A DNA stretch of 62,277 nt, the filler included. It is 22 parts of 22 records of this genome, joined end to end, with 100 filler letters (N's around TTAATTAATTAA, not from the genome) between each part and the next. Parts side by side here need not be neighbours in the genome. Positions count along the whole stretch, not along the records: positions 10,886 to 13,399 come from SRR16133337_101030; positions 13,500 to 15,510 come from SRR16133337_101222; positions 15,611 to 19,368 come from SRR16133337_101253; positions 19,469 to 25,326 come from SRR16133337_102032; 18 more parts are not named here. One strand, 5' to 3'. The notes beneath the pieces were generated by a model. That model worked only from the letters and a program-made list of their open reading frames with translations, had not been told where the DNA came from and made no database searches. This document shows, one piece after another, positions 11,935 to 22,991 of the stretch. Numbering within the stretch: the stretch's first letter is position 1; each line of letters opens with the position of its first letter. A program made the translations under genes and the position numbers.

Positions 11935-12804
11935 ATGCAGCCATTCTCTGTGAAAGGAAGAAAACCATTATCATTACAGTTCAAGGCACTTTGCAAACCG
12001 CTCAGAAAAAAGCGCAAAATCGTCAAAAACAAAGGATTACCACTCGAACCAAAGAAGGATCACTTCACCCCCACAACAACAGATGTAATCCTTTTATCGT
12101 TCAGTTTTTTATCTTTCCAAGAATGTTCTCTTGTTCAAATGATTTCACATCGGTTCAAAAAACTTGGTGAAAAGGCAAACCAAAGACGAAACGAAGCTCA
12201 CATCCCACTCAGATTTCACCAAAGTCGAGTTTTGAAAAGTTTCTTGCGACAGTGTTCTCCTGAAAAAGTTACAACCTTCTCAACAAACTTTCCTTCAAAA
12301 TGGGAACACATTTTTCAAACATTTTTCGCTGCTTTTTCCGCGATCTTGGCGAAATTCAAAAAAGTGAAAAAACTTGAAATGAAATCGGCGTGGGGGTACG
12401 GACCGGGAACGTCTGGTCTTTTTGCCATCCCTCACGCGCCCGCGGCCCTCCGTGAACTAAAACTTGAAAACTGTAGAATTGTGAATTTATTGATGTACCG
12501 CGTTTTTTGTGAAGTTCCTCTACAACAATTGGTACTTATCAGGTGTCGTATGGTTAACAAAGACTGTTTTACGTTCGCAGCGCATAGTTTGAAACATTTA
12601 GAGGTCGTTGGGTGCTCAAAATTTTTTGGAGAACGAGGAGAAGGATGTGGGTGTCTTGCCGAATTTCTTTCTTATCAGGCGAGAAATGTACGTTTTTTGC
12701 GGTATCATGATAAACATATGAGTAGGAAAAGGTTTTTGGAGCTTGCTGGGCTCAATGACTTGTCCAGGGATGAATTAAAGTTTGGAGTTGTAGAAATGTT
12801 GTAG
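11935..12804 (+). CDS. Eukaryotic F-box-like / LRR-like protein
   Basis: 289-aa intronless ORF. TDVILLSFSFLSFQECSLVQMISHRFKKL resembles an F-box and is followed by LxxLxLxxC repeats. Confidence 0.5.
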   Translation: MQPFSVKGRKPLSLQFKALCKPLRKKRKIVKNKGLPLEPKKDHFTPTTTDVILLSFSFLSFQECSLVQMISHRFKKLGEKANQRRNEAHIPLRFHQSRVLKSFLRQCSPEKVTTFSTNFPSKWEHIFQTFFAAFSAILAKFKKVKKLEMKSAWGYGPGTSGLFAIPHAPAALRELKLENCRIVNLLMYRVFCEVPLQQLVLIRCRMVNKDCFTFAAHSLKHLEVVGCSKFFGERGEGCGCLAEFLSYQARNVRFLRYHDKHMSRKRFLELAGLNDLSRDELKFGVVEML

Positions 12805-14694
12805 AAAAAATAAATCTTTATGTTTTTAATTAATAGTTTTGATGATTTGTGCGTGTGATTTTGAAAGGTGGAGGGTGTGCAGTGACTGTATAGGGGAGAG
12901 GAAACAATGAATGGACGCCTCTTTCACCATCATTCAGACCCCCAAGTCTCAAGTTCTCAAAATTCAAAGAGTGTGGAGCAGTGGATTATGGTGTTTATTT
13001 GATAAGCCCGAAATGTTTTTCACGAGAATTCCTATTTTCGTGATTTGACCAAAACATATGAGAAGCGACATGAATTTTACTAATTTTACGCTTTTTTGCC
13101 ACACAAACATTTGAAAAAAAATTTGCCTAACAAAATTCATGTATTTTCTTAAATATATTTTGCCTACCTGTTCACGTGGAATTTTTTTCGGTGCTTGTGG
13201 CAAACGAAATTTTTTTTTGGGTGTTTTCTAACAATGTGTTTTGAAAGCACCAACACAATTTTTTTCCTCTAACTGGGAAAATTTGTCAAAATATTTGCTG
13301 TTTTTACTCGAATTCTCCACATACGATCAGCAATTTTTTCGGTTAGAGGGGCAAAACCATGTTACACAGTTCGAAATTTTTCACAAAAAATATTTTTTGN
13401 NNNNNNNNNNNNNNNNNNNNNNNNNNNNNNNNNNNNNNNNNNNTTAATTAATTAANNNNNNNNNNNNNNNNNNNNNNNNNNNNNNNNNNNNNNNNNNNNG
13501 TTTTAAACATGTTTCACTTAGTGCTGGGCTCAACCACCCTCCACGAGCAAGAACCCCACCACCACCCACCACACACATCTGATTTTGGCAAATCATGTGC
13601 CAGAGGGTGTGGGTGATGTGTGTGGGGGGTTGTTCAATGAAATACCCTGTGCATGTATTCAGCCAGCGAAATCGTATCCCGACGTATTTCGGATTTATTC
13701 GAGTTCTGACATGCTTTGTAGTAAACATTGAATTAAAAGCATACTGTACAAGACACTTTTTTGCTGTCATACATAATTCATTCCTTTTCGGAAACAATGC
13801 TGCTGAAGCCCCAGCCGGATATTGACAAAAAGATACAGCACATCAAATTGTTGAACGGAATTCTATTTCTTGGTAAAAATTAAAAGAGTGAGGAGTAAAT
13901 TGACCTTTGCTCTGAAAGAATGCAGTTCGTAGATCGCATGTGTAGTTTGTTGATGACCACTCACCCGTCAACAATTATTTGGGCACCACATTTTGTGATT
14001 TAATTTTGAGGCAACGTGTGAAAAACATAATGTTTAATTTTGAGCCAAAGTCCCTTCCTCCTCGCTGGTGTCCTCCCAATCTAAAGGGATTGATGAGGTA
14101 GAACATTTAATTTCTAGTCATTCGAAAAAATCTAGAGAAAAAAAATCACATTTTTCGCAATTCTACATCAAAAACAAAGTTTACCTCCTGGTCAAGAATT
14201 ATGATTTAACCCTAGTAGTGAGATTTGAGATGTTCCTTGATGTTTAGATGGACAAGCGATTAAGTAAACTAACCGTGTGTTTTTTTATGTAGTGGAAGCG
14301 CGATTTATGTGTGAAAAAAAAATGTAGTGTGAAAATAAAATGTATATGAATAGGAGGCAGCAAGAGAAAAAAAATACCACCTCCTTTCACCAGAAAGCAA
14401 GAGAAAAAGAGAGAAGACACAAGCACCAAGATTGACAGAAGACAGTGAGGTCTTTGATGAATGGACACATATTGATTAAATGACATGTCACTCCACGTTT
14501 TTCTACTGTTTCCTGTTCTTTTTCTGCGAAACGCAAAAACATTTTTTTGTGTGTTTTATATAGTGGGAGTTTATTTATGTAATGGGAATTGAAATTTATG
14601 TAGTGGAAAAAATCTGAAAAAAAACACTGCTAATTCATATTTTGTGTTATTACGCTCAGTGATACAGAAACAGACGAGCAATACATAAAGTCTC

Positions 14695-15171
14695 ATGCTC
14701 GTTCCACGTGATCCAGCCAGCACCGCGGGCATGGTGCTAGAAATTCTTTCCCAGATATTTCAAGCCAGTGACTCGGCAACAGATTTCTTGGTTCCTCTTG
14801 CAATTTATGCATTTGCTCAAGAACATGGGTGGTACGTTGAGTTCTACACAAACCGGGACGGCACTACTGGTACGAGACATGTGTCAACATACATGCCGCT
14901 TTTCTACTCTTCTCTTGTGTTTGCCGCTCTTGGTGCTCTTTTGGTATTAATCAAAGTGATTGCCTTTATTGTTGGAAAAATACGTAAATGTTCATACAGA
15001 CGATTCAAAATGTTTTTGAACTTTATGACAATTATTTTGGATGACGTACCCATGTTGACGATAGCACTAACATTTATTTACTTCAAATATCAGACAGGGG
15101 TCGAGTTTGTGGCTGAACCAGGTACTGCATGTAGGACATACACGACATGTGTTTCTAACTTTGTTATTTGA
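14695..15171 (+). CDS. Eukaryotic membrane protein (exon), unknown function
   Basis: Several hydrophobic segments and protein-like composition amid AT-rich non-coding DNA. The boundaries are uncertain. Confidence 0.45.
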   Translation: MLVPRDPASTAGMVLEILSQIFQASDSATDFLVPLAIYAFAQEHGWYVEFYTNRDGTTGTRHVSTYMPLFYSSLVFAALGALLVLIKVIAFIVGKIRKCSYRRFKMFLNFMTIILDDVPMLTIALTFIYFKYQTGVEFVAEPGTACRTYTTCVSNFVI

Positions 15172-15749
15172 ATACTCCTTACCTAGTATACTGGGTGAGT
15201 GTACACTGGTTTATATTAAATGCGCACGCCAGATCATTCAAAATAAAAAACTGTGTTTTTTCACAATGATTGCATTTTTTTCCAAATGAAGGCTGACTGA
15301 AAAATAAATTTTATGGCAAAACATCCACAATTTATCAAAGAATGTTTTTGTAAAGTTTTGTGTCAAAAGTTCTTTCAGATATCGTGAACGAGCCAAAAAA
15401 CCAAAGATGTACATATAATTGTGTGGGGGACTTCAATCTCTTTTCAATAAGCTTCGGCATACTTTGGAATTTTTAAACATATGTAAAAATATTTTTGGGG
15501 TGTTACAGAGNNNNNNNNNNNNNNNNNNNNNNNNNNNNNNNNNNNNNNNNNNNNTTAATTAATTAANNNNNNNNNNNNNNNNNNNNNNNNNNNNNNNNNN
15601 NNNNNNNNNNTTGCCTACTGCTTATAGCCTACAGCCTTTTTGTGTACTTCCCTGATTAAGGTTAACCGTTTTTCACTTTTCACCCTTCGACAAACTAATC
15701 AAGCAAGTTCACGATTTAACCTTTCAACAATTCAACGATTCCACATTTC

Positions 15750-16754
15750 TCACCTCTCACTTTTACCTATTTTTCTAGGTTTGTAGTTGGCTACCATAGC
15801 TGCAATTGCTTTGATATGTGCGGGTGTTGTACCACAACATCCTCCTACAATATTCACTAAATTTTTATCTAAATATTCTTGTATCTGTACTGCCATTTCC
15901 TCTGGAGTTTCATCATATTCACCAAAAGCATTTGGCAATCCGGCATTTGGATGGGCAGACACTCCAAAACGTGTATGTCTAGAAATAGTTTCTAAATGTG
16001 GAAGCAAGGCACTGGCTCCTAAGGCACAGTTCAATCCAATGGTTAACAAGGGTACGTGCGATACAGATATCAAAAATGCTTCTGCTGTTTGACCTGATAG
16101 GGTTCTTCCACTGGCATCGGTAATGGTACCGCTCAACATCACGGGTATTTCAAGGCCTCTTTCTTCTTTGACTTCTTCAATGGCAAACAAGGCTGCTTTT
16201 GCATTTAATGTATCAAATACCGTTTCTACCAATAACAAATCAACTCCACCATCTAACAAAGCTTCTGCTTGTTGTTTATAGGCAATACGCAACTCTTCAA
16301 AGGTAATGGCTCTATATCCTGGGTCATTTACATCGGGTGACATAGATCCTGTTTTGTTTGTAGGACCTATAGAACCTGCTACAAAACGAGGTTTTTCTGG
16401 GTCTGCTACTGTAAATTCATCCGCAACTTCCTTTGCTATTTTTGCAGACTCAAAATTCAATTGATAGACATCGTCTTCCATTTTATAATCTGCCATGGCA
16501 ATTGTAGTACTCGAAAAAGTATTTGTTTCTACAATATCTGCCCCCACCAAAAAATATTTCCTGTGAACTTCTTTGATTGCTTCGGGTTGCGTTATGGAAA
16601 GCATATCGTTGTTTCCTTTGACGGATAATTTCCAATCTTTAAATTGTTCTCCTCTAAAATCTTCTTCTGTAAATTTATAAGCTTGCAACATCGTTCCCAT
16701 GGCACCATCCAGTACAAGAATCCGTTCTTTTATGATTTCTGCAATATTTTTCAT
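15750..16754 (-). CDS. metH: Methionine synthase, stand-alone N-terminal homocysteine S-methyltransferase domain (split MetH)
   Basis: ILVLDGAMGTMLQ, ETNTF, GLNCALG, PNAGLPN, GGCCGTTP. Confidence 0.93.
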   Translation of the reverse strand: MKNIAEIIKERILVLDGAMGTMLQAYKFTEEDFRGEQFKDWKLSVKGNNDMLSITQPEAIKEVHRKYFLVGADIVETNTFSSTTIAMADYKMEDDVYQLNFESAKIAKEVADEFTVADPEKPRFVAGSIGPTNKTGSMSPDVNDPGYRAITFEELRIAYKQQAEALLDGGVDLLLVETVFDTLNAKAALFAIEEVKEERGLEIPVMLSGTITDASGRTLSGQTAEAFLISVSHVPLLTIGLNCALGASALLPHLETISRHTRFGVSAHPNAGLPNAFGEYDETPEEMAVQIQEYLDKNLVNIVGGCCGTTPAHIKAIAAMVANYKPRKIGKSER

Positions 16755-16909
16755 TTTCTTTTTTAGGTTTGCGGGTTTTTAATTTCTCGCTTTTCTCTTC
16801 TAGGTTCTGGTTTTGAACTCATCACTGATCTTTGACAACCTGATTCGTCTTTCTAGCTTTCTTTTATAATTTCATTCGTCTTATTTGAATACTTCTATAA
16901 ACTTGGCTA

Positions 16910-16994
16910 CAAATATAGGATATTTGGATGGAGTATATATTGTTGGCGGTTCGTTCTTTTTCTTTTCTTTGTAATATTTTTATCTATATATTTG
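16910..16994. promoter_or_regulatory. Divergent Bacteroidota sigma-70 -7 boxes (TATATTTG) for metH (minus, 16910-16917) and the MTase (plus, 16987-16994)
   Basis: Exact TAnnTTTG matches upstream of both divergent genes. Confidence 0.65.
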
Positions 16995-17025
16995 TAACCA
17001 ATATATAAGGTTTAATAATGTGGTT

Positions 17026-18275
17026 ATGAGTGAATATTTATCTCTTTCAGAAACAGCTGAATTAGTAGGGAAATGTAAAGAAACCCTTAGGCGATGGGAT
17101 AATGAAGGTATTCTCAACGCTGTTAGAGAGCCTGTTTCAAACTATCGAGTTTACAGAAAAAAAGATGTACAAACCTTACTAGGTAATCTTTTTGAAGATA
17201 AAGACATTGAAGAAACATCAAATGATGTAGAACCTAATAATTCATATTCTGTTTTAGAACTTTTTGCAGGAGCAGGTGGATTAGCTATTGGTTTAGAAAA
17301 AGCGGGTATCAAGTGCGTTGCTTTAAATGAAATGGATAAATGGGCATGTAATACTTTGCGGAAAATCGCCCTAATTGGAAGGTACTGGAAGGAGATGTCA
17401 AAGACTTTAAATTTGATGAGTATAAAAATAAAGTAGATGTTGTAACAGGTGGTTTTCCCTGTCAGGCATTTAGTTATGCAGGTAAAAAGCTAGGACTAAA
17501 AGATGCACGAGGTACTTTATTTTATGAATTTGCTAGAGTCGTAAAAGAAGTAAATCCACCTATTTGCATTGGTGAAAATGTTCGAGGATTATTAAGTCAT
17601 GAAAAAGGGAAAACCCTAGAAGGTATGATTTCAATCCTTGATGAAATAGGATATAATGTTGTACCAGTCCAAGTTCTAAAAGCAATTAATTATAAAGTAC
17701 CACAAAAAAGAGAACGTCTTATTCTTGTTGGAGTTCGTAAGGATATTGATTTAAAATATGAATATCCAAAACCTTACTCTAAAATATATAACCTTTCTGA
17801 TGCATTAAAGAAAGGTGAATTATTTGAAAAGAATGTTCCTAAATCAGAAGGGGCTAAATATCCCGAATCGAAGAAAGAAGTTCTTGATATAGTGCCACCA
17901 AAAGGTTATTGGCGTGACTTACCTCTAGACATACAAAAAGAATATATGGGAGGTAGTTTTTACCTAGGTGGTGGAAAAACAGGAATGGCTAGAAGAATTG
18001 GCTGGAATGAACCTTGTCTTACGTTAACCTGTAGTCCAGCACAAAAACAAACTGAAAGATGTCACCCAGAAGAAACTCGTCCATTTACAGTTCGTGAATA
18101 TGCAAGAATTCAAACTTTTCCTGATGAATGGAAATTTAATGGTTCCATTGCACAGCAATACAAGCAAATAGGAAATGCAGTACCTGTTAATCTAGGACGA
18201 GAAATCGGTTACTCAATAGTTAAGTTCTTGAATAAACACTACGAGATTAAAATACAAAAAGTGGCGAATTCTTAA
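17026..18275 (+). pseudogene. dcm: DNA cytosine-5 methyltransferase with N-terminal MerR-like HTH (M.Eco47II/M.Sau96I-like), frameshifted at ~17362-17365
   Basis: ETLRRWDNEG HTH and ELFAGAGG. Adding one A restores LRKNRPNW...GGFPCQAFS...GENV...PQKRER...QIGNAVP. Confidence 0.88.
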
Positions 18276-18961
18276 TCTCTTCAGCTAAATCAGCACATCC
18301 TTTGTTTATCAAATCTTTAGTATCAATATTACTAATGCTTTTATGAAGTTCTTTAACTAATCCTTCATAAAAATTCGGAAACCCAGTAATTCGATGCCAC
18401 AAATCTTTTCCTATTACTACTGGGTGTGTTTTATCAATGGTTTTATAGTGGCTACTTAGCTCATCAACTTCTCCATATAATACACCAACAATAAAATCAG
18501 TATTATTAATTCCATTTAATGCCTTATTTGTTCTAGCTAAATTAATAGTAGTAGTAAATTTCTTAATCAGAGGTTTTACATCTTCCGAGTTTATTGTATT
18601 TGGTCCTGATTTTAACTGACACCATTTCTTTCTATTATCAACCTTGTCTACAAATTCAATATCCATCCCTTTTATTAGCGAACCATTTGCCAAATCCAGT
18701 TCAACAAACATATCCTGAATTCGTTGACCAAATGAAGTATTTATTGATGTCCCCAGTACTCTTGGATAAAACAATGCTTTAGGCCACTCCCTCAGCAGTA
18801 TAATCTCCTTCTAACACTTTAGATAAGTACTTTACAACAATTGGATTAATTTTATATGATTTTAGTTTTGAATTTTTCTTTAGAGATGCTTGAATATGAT
18901 TTTTGAAAATATATGTTTCAAAGTACTCAACTATCTTTGCGGTTAACTGCTTTTCTGCCAT
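18247..18961 (-). pseudogene. Type II restriction endonuclease (PmeII-family-like), frameshifted at ~18782
   Basis: Removing one base joins ...EGVA to KALFYPRVLGTSINTSFG...GMDIEF...QLKSGPNTIN. Convergent with and overlapping the MTase. Confidence 0.8.
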
Positions 18962-19274
18962 AATTTCCTTGATTAAAAAATCAAAGATAACATTTTCAAT
19001 AAGATAATGTTAATGATTGCTCTTTGAATGATCGTCGACGGTCTCGGCTATGAGTAGTTACGTAAGTTAGCACTTACTTTTAGGGGAGATAATACCAAAA
19101 AATATTTTAAAAAATCGCTATAATACTTATGAATAAAGGAATTATGAGCCTTTTTGTTGAAAAAATATAAAAAAATTCAAAATCAATATGCAATTTATTT
19201 ATTCGGGAAAGTAAAGCTTTTTTATCATTCAAAATCCGTATATTTGAATTGTCAACACATTTTAGTAAGTCACA

Positions 19275-19368
19275 ATGCAAAAAATTCAAAATCGGTTTAA
19301 ACAGAAGATACTGGGAAGGCATACGGGTGTAAGTCCCGAGACCTATCTGAGCATTGCTTGGAATGTGT
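19275..19368 (+). CDS. Small leader-type ORF MQKIQNRFKQKILGRHTGVSPETYLSIAWNV (31 codons to contig end)
   Basis: Follows a TATATTTG promoter box at 19239-19246 and is open to the contig end. Confidence 0.5.
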
Positions 19369-19468
19369 NNNNNNNNNNNNNNNNNNNNNNNNNNNNNNNN
19401 NNNNNNNNNNNNTTAATTAATTAANNNNNNNNNNNNNNNNNNNNNNNNNNNNNNNNNNNNNNNNNNNN

Positions 19469-19590
19469 AAAAAAAAGAAGAAAAAAATAAACCTTGGAAA
19501 GATCATGATAATGAAATAAGTATTCATACTTGGATAAGAAATCATACTTGGATAAGAAATCAGATTCATCATCCAAATGATAAAAAATAA
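19469..19590 (+). CDS. C-terminal fragment of a gene with a HEPN-like RxxxxH motif (RNQIHH)
   Basis: Manual translation KKEEKNKPWKDHDNEISIHTWIRNHTWIRNQIHHPNDKK*; stop 3 nt before the hsdM ATG. Confidence 0.55.
19524..19559 (+). repeat. Perfect 18-bp tandem duplication (TCATACTTGGATAAGAAA x2)
   Basis: Directly visible; in frame, duplicating HTWIRN. Confidence 0.95.
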
Positions 19591-19593
19591 ATA

Positions 19594-21669
19594 ATGAGCA
19601 TACTTAAACACGAATCAGAAATATGGGCAACTGCCGACCTACTAAGAGGTGCAGGTATTAAAACAAGCGATTTCCCTAAATATATGATGCCTTTCTTTGC
19701 CTTACTAATGGTAGAGAGTAGATTGATAAGAGAATCTAAAAGAATGGTTGATGATGGCGAAAGTCAAGACAATATGGATGAGTTTGTAGAGATTTTTCAA
19801 TTAGAAGGATTAGGCTATAACGACTTTGTAATTCGTGAAGGAAAATCATTAAAAGACATTTGTAAAAATGACAAAACCTTTGATGTAGATTTTCAATCTT
19901 ACATTAAGTCTTTTGATGCCGAAACCAAATATTTATTAGGTGTAGACAAAGGAACTGAAGAAGAAAAGTTTTTAGATATTTCTGGTATTAGCGGTTTGCT
20001 CAAAAAGAAAAGAATCCTATTTAATACCGTAAAAACTTGGAGCGAAATAGACCTTACACCTTATAATAATTCAGAAATTACTACACTTGAAGAACATATA
20101 AAACGTAAATGGGCAGACATATCTGCCGAAACAGCAGGAGAACAATATACACCAGACGATATTATCTCACTAATTACAGAACTCATTGCTACTCGTATAG
20201 AAGATAACGACCAATTTTTAACCATCTACGACCCTACTTGTGGTGGTGGTAACTTACTCTTTGGTGTAGAAGATAAAATAAACAAAGAATTTAACCGTCC
20301 TACCTCTACTTTTGGAGAAGATTGGAGCGATAGTTTATATGCTTTAGCCAAAATAGAAAGTAGATTTAGACAAGATTCTACTATAAAATATGGGAACACT
20401 TTAACTGATATTAATTTCATAGAAAAACGTTTTGATGTTATTGTAGCCAATCCGCCTTATGGTGTAGATTGGAAAGGTTTTAAAAAAGACATTGAAAACG
20501 ATACTACAGAACGTTTTATAGATTTACCTTCTATTTCAGATGGGCAATTCCTTTTCACACAACACATTTTATATCAATTAGAAGATGATGGCTTTGCAGT
20601 AGTGGTACACAATGGCTCAACCTTATTTAGTGGTGATGCTGGTAGTGGCGAAAGTAATATCCGTAAACACTTTTTTGACCAAGATTGGGTAGAAGCAATT
20701 ATTCAAATGCCTACAGACGAATTTTTTAATACAGGTATTTATACTTATTTATGGGTTTTTAATAAAAATAAAACTGCCGATAGAAAAGACAAAGTAATGC
20801 TTTTAAATGCCAGTGATTTATTTGAGAAATTAAAAAAATCTAAAGGAAAGAAACGCAAGAAAATGAATGCCGACAATAGAGCAGAAATTGTAAAAGCATT
20901 TACCGATTATAAAGAAAACGAATATACCAAAGTCTTTGATAAATGGGATTTCTATTTCAATAAACAAAGTATAATGTTGACCAATGTAGATGAAAATGGA
21001 AAATCTATAACAATGCCATCTAAAGAAAACCGAGAAGGTGAAATGGTTGAACAGAAAAGTATTAAAATAGATGCCAAGAGTGTAATGATTTTAGATTCGT
21101 TCAAAGAAAACGGAATGAAAGCCATTAACGAAATGGAAACCACCATATATCCAACAGCATACAACAGCCTAAAAGACTATTACGATACCTATTATAAAAA
21201 CTATGTAGCCGAGTTCGATTACAAAGCAGATGCTTTTGCTGTATTAGATGCCAACGGCAATACCTACACCTACAACACTAATAAAGAAACCATTATTGAA
21301 ACTACTAAAAAACAGGTGGTAACAGCATTAGGTAACGGTAAAATAATAGTAAAAGCAAGTTTTAAAAAATCAACTAAAACACGAGAAGCCAAAATAGATG
21401 TAGCCGTAACCTTAACCAAAGACCTACAAAAAGATTACGAAATTATAGACTACTCACCTGAAGAGACCAACCAACAAAACATTGCCCATTTTATGGCAAA
21501 ATACATTACAAAGCCTTTTGAATATATAGACAATGTAGTAGGTGTAGAACTTAACTTTAATAAAGTGTTCTACAAACCCGAAATACTAAGAGAAGTAACA
21601 CAAATTTCTACCGATTTACAAGACTTAGAAAACGATTTAAAAACTCTTGAAACTGAATTGGCACTATGA
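19594..21669 (+). CDS. hsdM: Type I R-M methyltransferase subunit
   Basis: IWATADLLRG, GEQYTP, DPTCGGG, ANPPYG, LFSGDAGSGESNIR, FFNTGIYTY. Confidence 0.95.
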   Translation: MSILKHESEIWATADLLRGAGIKTSDFPKYMMPFFALLMVESRLIRESKRMVDDGESQDNMDEFVEIFQLEGLGYNDFVIREGKSLKDICKNDKTFDVDFQSYIKSFDAETKYLLGVDKGTEEEKFLDISGISGLLKKKRILFNTVKTWSEIDLTPYNNSEITTLEEHIKRKWADISAETAGEQYTPDDIISLITELIATRIEDNDQFLTIYDPTCGGGNLLFGVEDKINKEFNRPTSTFGEDWSDSLYALAKIESRFRQDSTIKYGNTLTDINFIEKRFDVIVANPPYGVDWKGFKKDIENDTTERFIDLPSISDGQFLFTQHILYQLEDDGFAVVVHNGSTLFSGDAGSGESNIRKHFFDQDWVEAIIQMPTDEFFNTGIYTYLWVFNKNKTADRKDKVMLLNASDLFEKLKKSKGKKRKKMNADNRAEIVKAFTDYKENEYTKVFDKWDFYFNKQSIMLTNVDENGKSITMPSKENREGEMVEQKSIKIDAKSVMILDSFKENGMKAINEMETTIYPTAYNSLKDYYDTYYKNYVAEFDYKADAFAVLDANGNTYTYNTNKETIIETTKKQVVTALGNGKIIVKASFKKSTKTREAKIDVAVTLTKDLQKDYEIIDYSPEETNQQNIAHFMAKYITKPFEYIDNVVGVELNFNKVFYKPEILREVTQISTDLQDLENDLKTLETELAL

Positions 21670-22991
21670 TAAAATACGACACATATAAAGATAGTGGTAT
21701 TGAATGGTTAGGAGAAATACCTGAGCATTGGGGATTAATTAGATTAAAAGATTTAGGATTATTACAAAATGGAATAAGTAAATCAAAAGAATATTTTGGA
21801 AAAGGGTTTCCTTTTCTTGGTTATGGTAATATTTATAATGATAAAATTGAACTTAAAGACATTAAAGGTTTAGCAAACTCGACAATTGAAGACCAAAAAA
21901 ATTATTCAGTTGTTGAAGGTGATGTCTTTTTTACAAGAACGTCCGAAACGATTGATGAAATTGGTATCGCTTCCACTTGTTTACAAACCATAAAAACTGC
22001 GACATTTTCAGGATTTGCAATTCGGTTAAGACCAAATAAGAATAAGATTAATAAACATTTTTCTGATTTTTATTTTAAAGCAAATATTAACAGAATCTTT
22101 TTAAGTAGTAAAATGAGTTCTGTAACAAGAGCGTCTTTAAGTCAAAATGTATTAAATAATTTACCTGCAATTCTCCCACCACTTCCCGAACAAACAATAA
22201 TAGCCAACTACTTAGACAAAAAAACAAAAGCAATTGACCAAAAAGCAAACCTACTCACCAAAAAAGCAGAAAAATATAAAGAGTTAAGAAAATCTTTAAT
22301 TAACCAAACTGTTACTAAAGGCTTAGATAAAACTGTAAAACTAAAAGATAGTGGCATTGATTGGATTGGCGAAATTCCTTTGCATTGGGAAGTGAAGAGA
22401 TTGAAAGAGATAACAAAAATTATGGGTAGTGGAGGTACACCAAAGAGTGGTAATGACTTGTATTATAATAATGCCAAACATAATTGGCTAAACACAGGAG
22501 ACTTAAATGATGGTATAGTAAGTTCAACAAAGAAAAAAGTTACGAACCAAGCACTTCTTGATTATTCAACTCTTAAATATTATGATATTAATACTTTAGT
22601 AATTGCTATGTATGGTGCTACTATTGGAAAGTTAGGTATTTTATCAATCAAAGCAACTACTAATCAAGCCTGTTGTTGTATGAGTTTCAAAAAAGAAATT
22701 TTTATTAAATATATTTATTACTATTTTTTATCATTTAGAGAACAAATAATCAGCCTAAGTGTAGGTGGTACTCAACCAAACATTAGTCAATCTATACTTT
22801 CTTTTTTAAATATTACAGAGCCACCTTTTAAAGAACAAACGGCCATAGCCAACTATTTAGATGAAAAAACATCTAAAATAGATGTTATAGTAAAGAATAT
22901 AGCAAACCAAATAAACACCCTAAAAGAACTACGCAAAGCCCTTATAAATGATGTGGTTACGGGTAAAATAAAAGTAGTAAAATATGAGTAA
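21666..22991 (+). CDS. hsdS: Type I R-M specificity subunit
   Basis: Two KDSGI(E/D)W.GEIP.HW and PP..EQ..IANYLD conserved repeats flanking two TRDs; ATGA overlap with hsdM. Confidence 0.95.
   Translation: MIKYDTYKDSGIEWLGEIPEHWGLIRLKDLGLLQNGISKSKEYFGKGFPFLGYGNIYNDKIELKDIKGLANSTIEDQKNYSVVEGDVFFTRTSETIDEIGIASTCLQTIKTATFSGFAIRLRPNKNKINKHFSDFYFKANINRIFLSSKMSSVTRASLSQNVLNNLPAILPPLPEQTIIANYLDKKTKAIDQKANLLTKKAEKYKELRKSLINQTVTKGLDKTVKLKDSGIDWIGEIPLHWEVKRLKEITKIMGSGGTPKSGNDLYYNNAKHNWLNTGDLNDGIVSSTKKKVTNQALLDYSTLKYYDINTLVIAMYGATIGKLGILSIKATTNQACCCMSFKKEIFIKYIYYYFLSFREQIISLSVGGTQPNISQSILSFLNITEPPFKEQTAIANYLDEKTSKIDVIVKNIANQINTLKELRKALINDVVTGKIKVVKYE

Noticed and set aside
15750-16754. MetH truncated to 334 aa as a pseudogene
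   Set aside because: The domain is complete with a clean stop; split MetH is usual in Flavobacteriaceae.
19310-19350. Cobalamin riboswitch or group II intron 5' end (ACTGGGAAGGC...GGGTGTAAGTCCCGAGACC)
   Set aside because: Only short motif resemblance. The remaining riboswitch core and an intron GUGYG start are absent, and an open leader ORF explains the region at least as well.
19524-19562. Direct repeat upstream of hsdM as a CRISPR array or iteron
   Set aside because: Only two abutting copies, no spacers, and in frame within a coding remnant. No CRISPR array or cas gene was seen anywhere in the window.
20965-21430. Long variable segment in the HsdM C-terminal half as a novel fused domain
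   Set aside because: Long HsdM proteins commonly vary in this region, and no recognisable catalytic motif is present.
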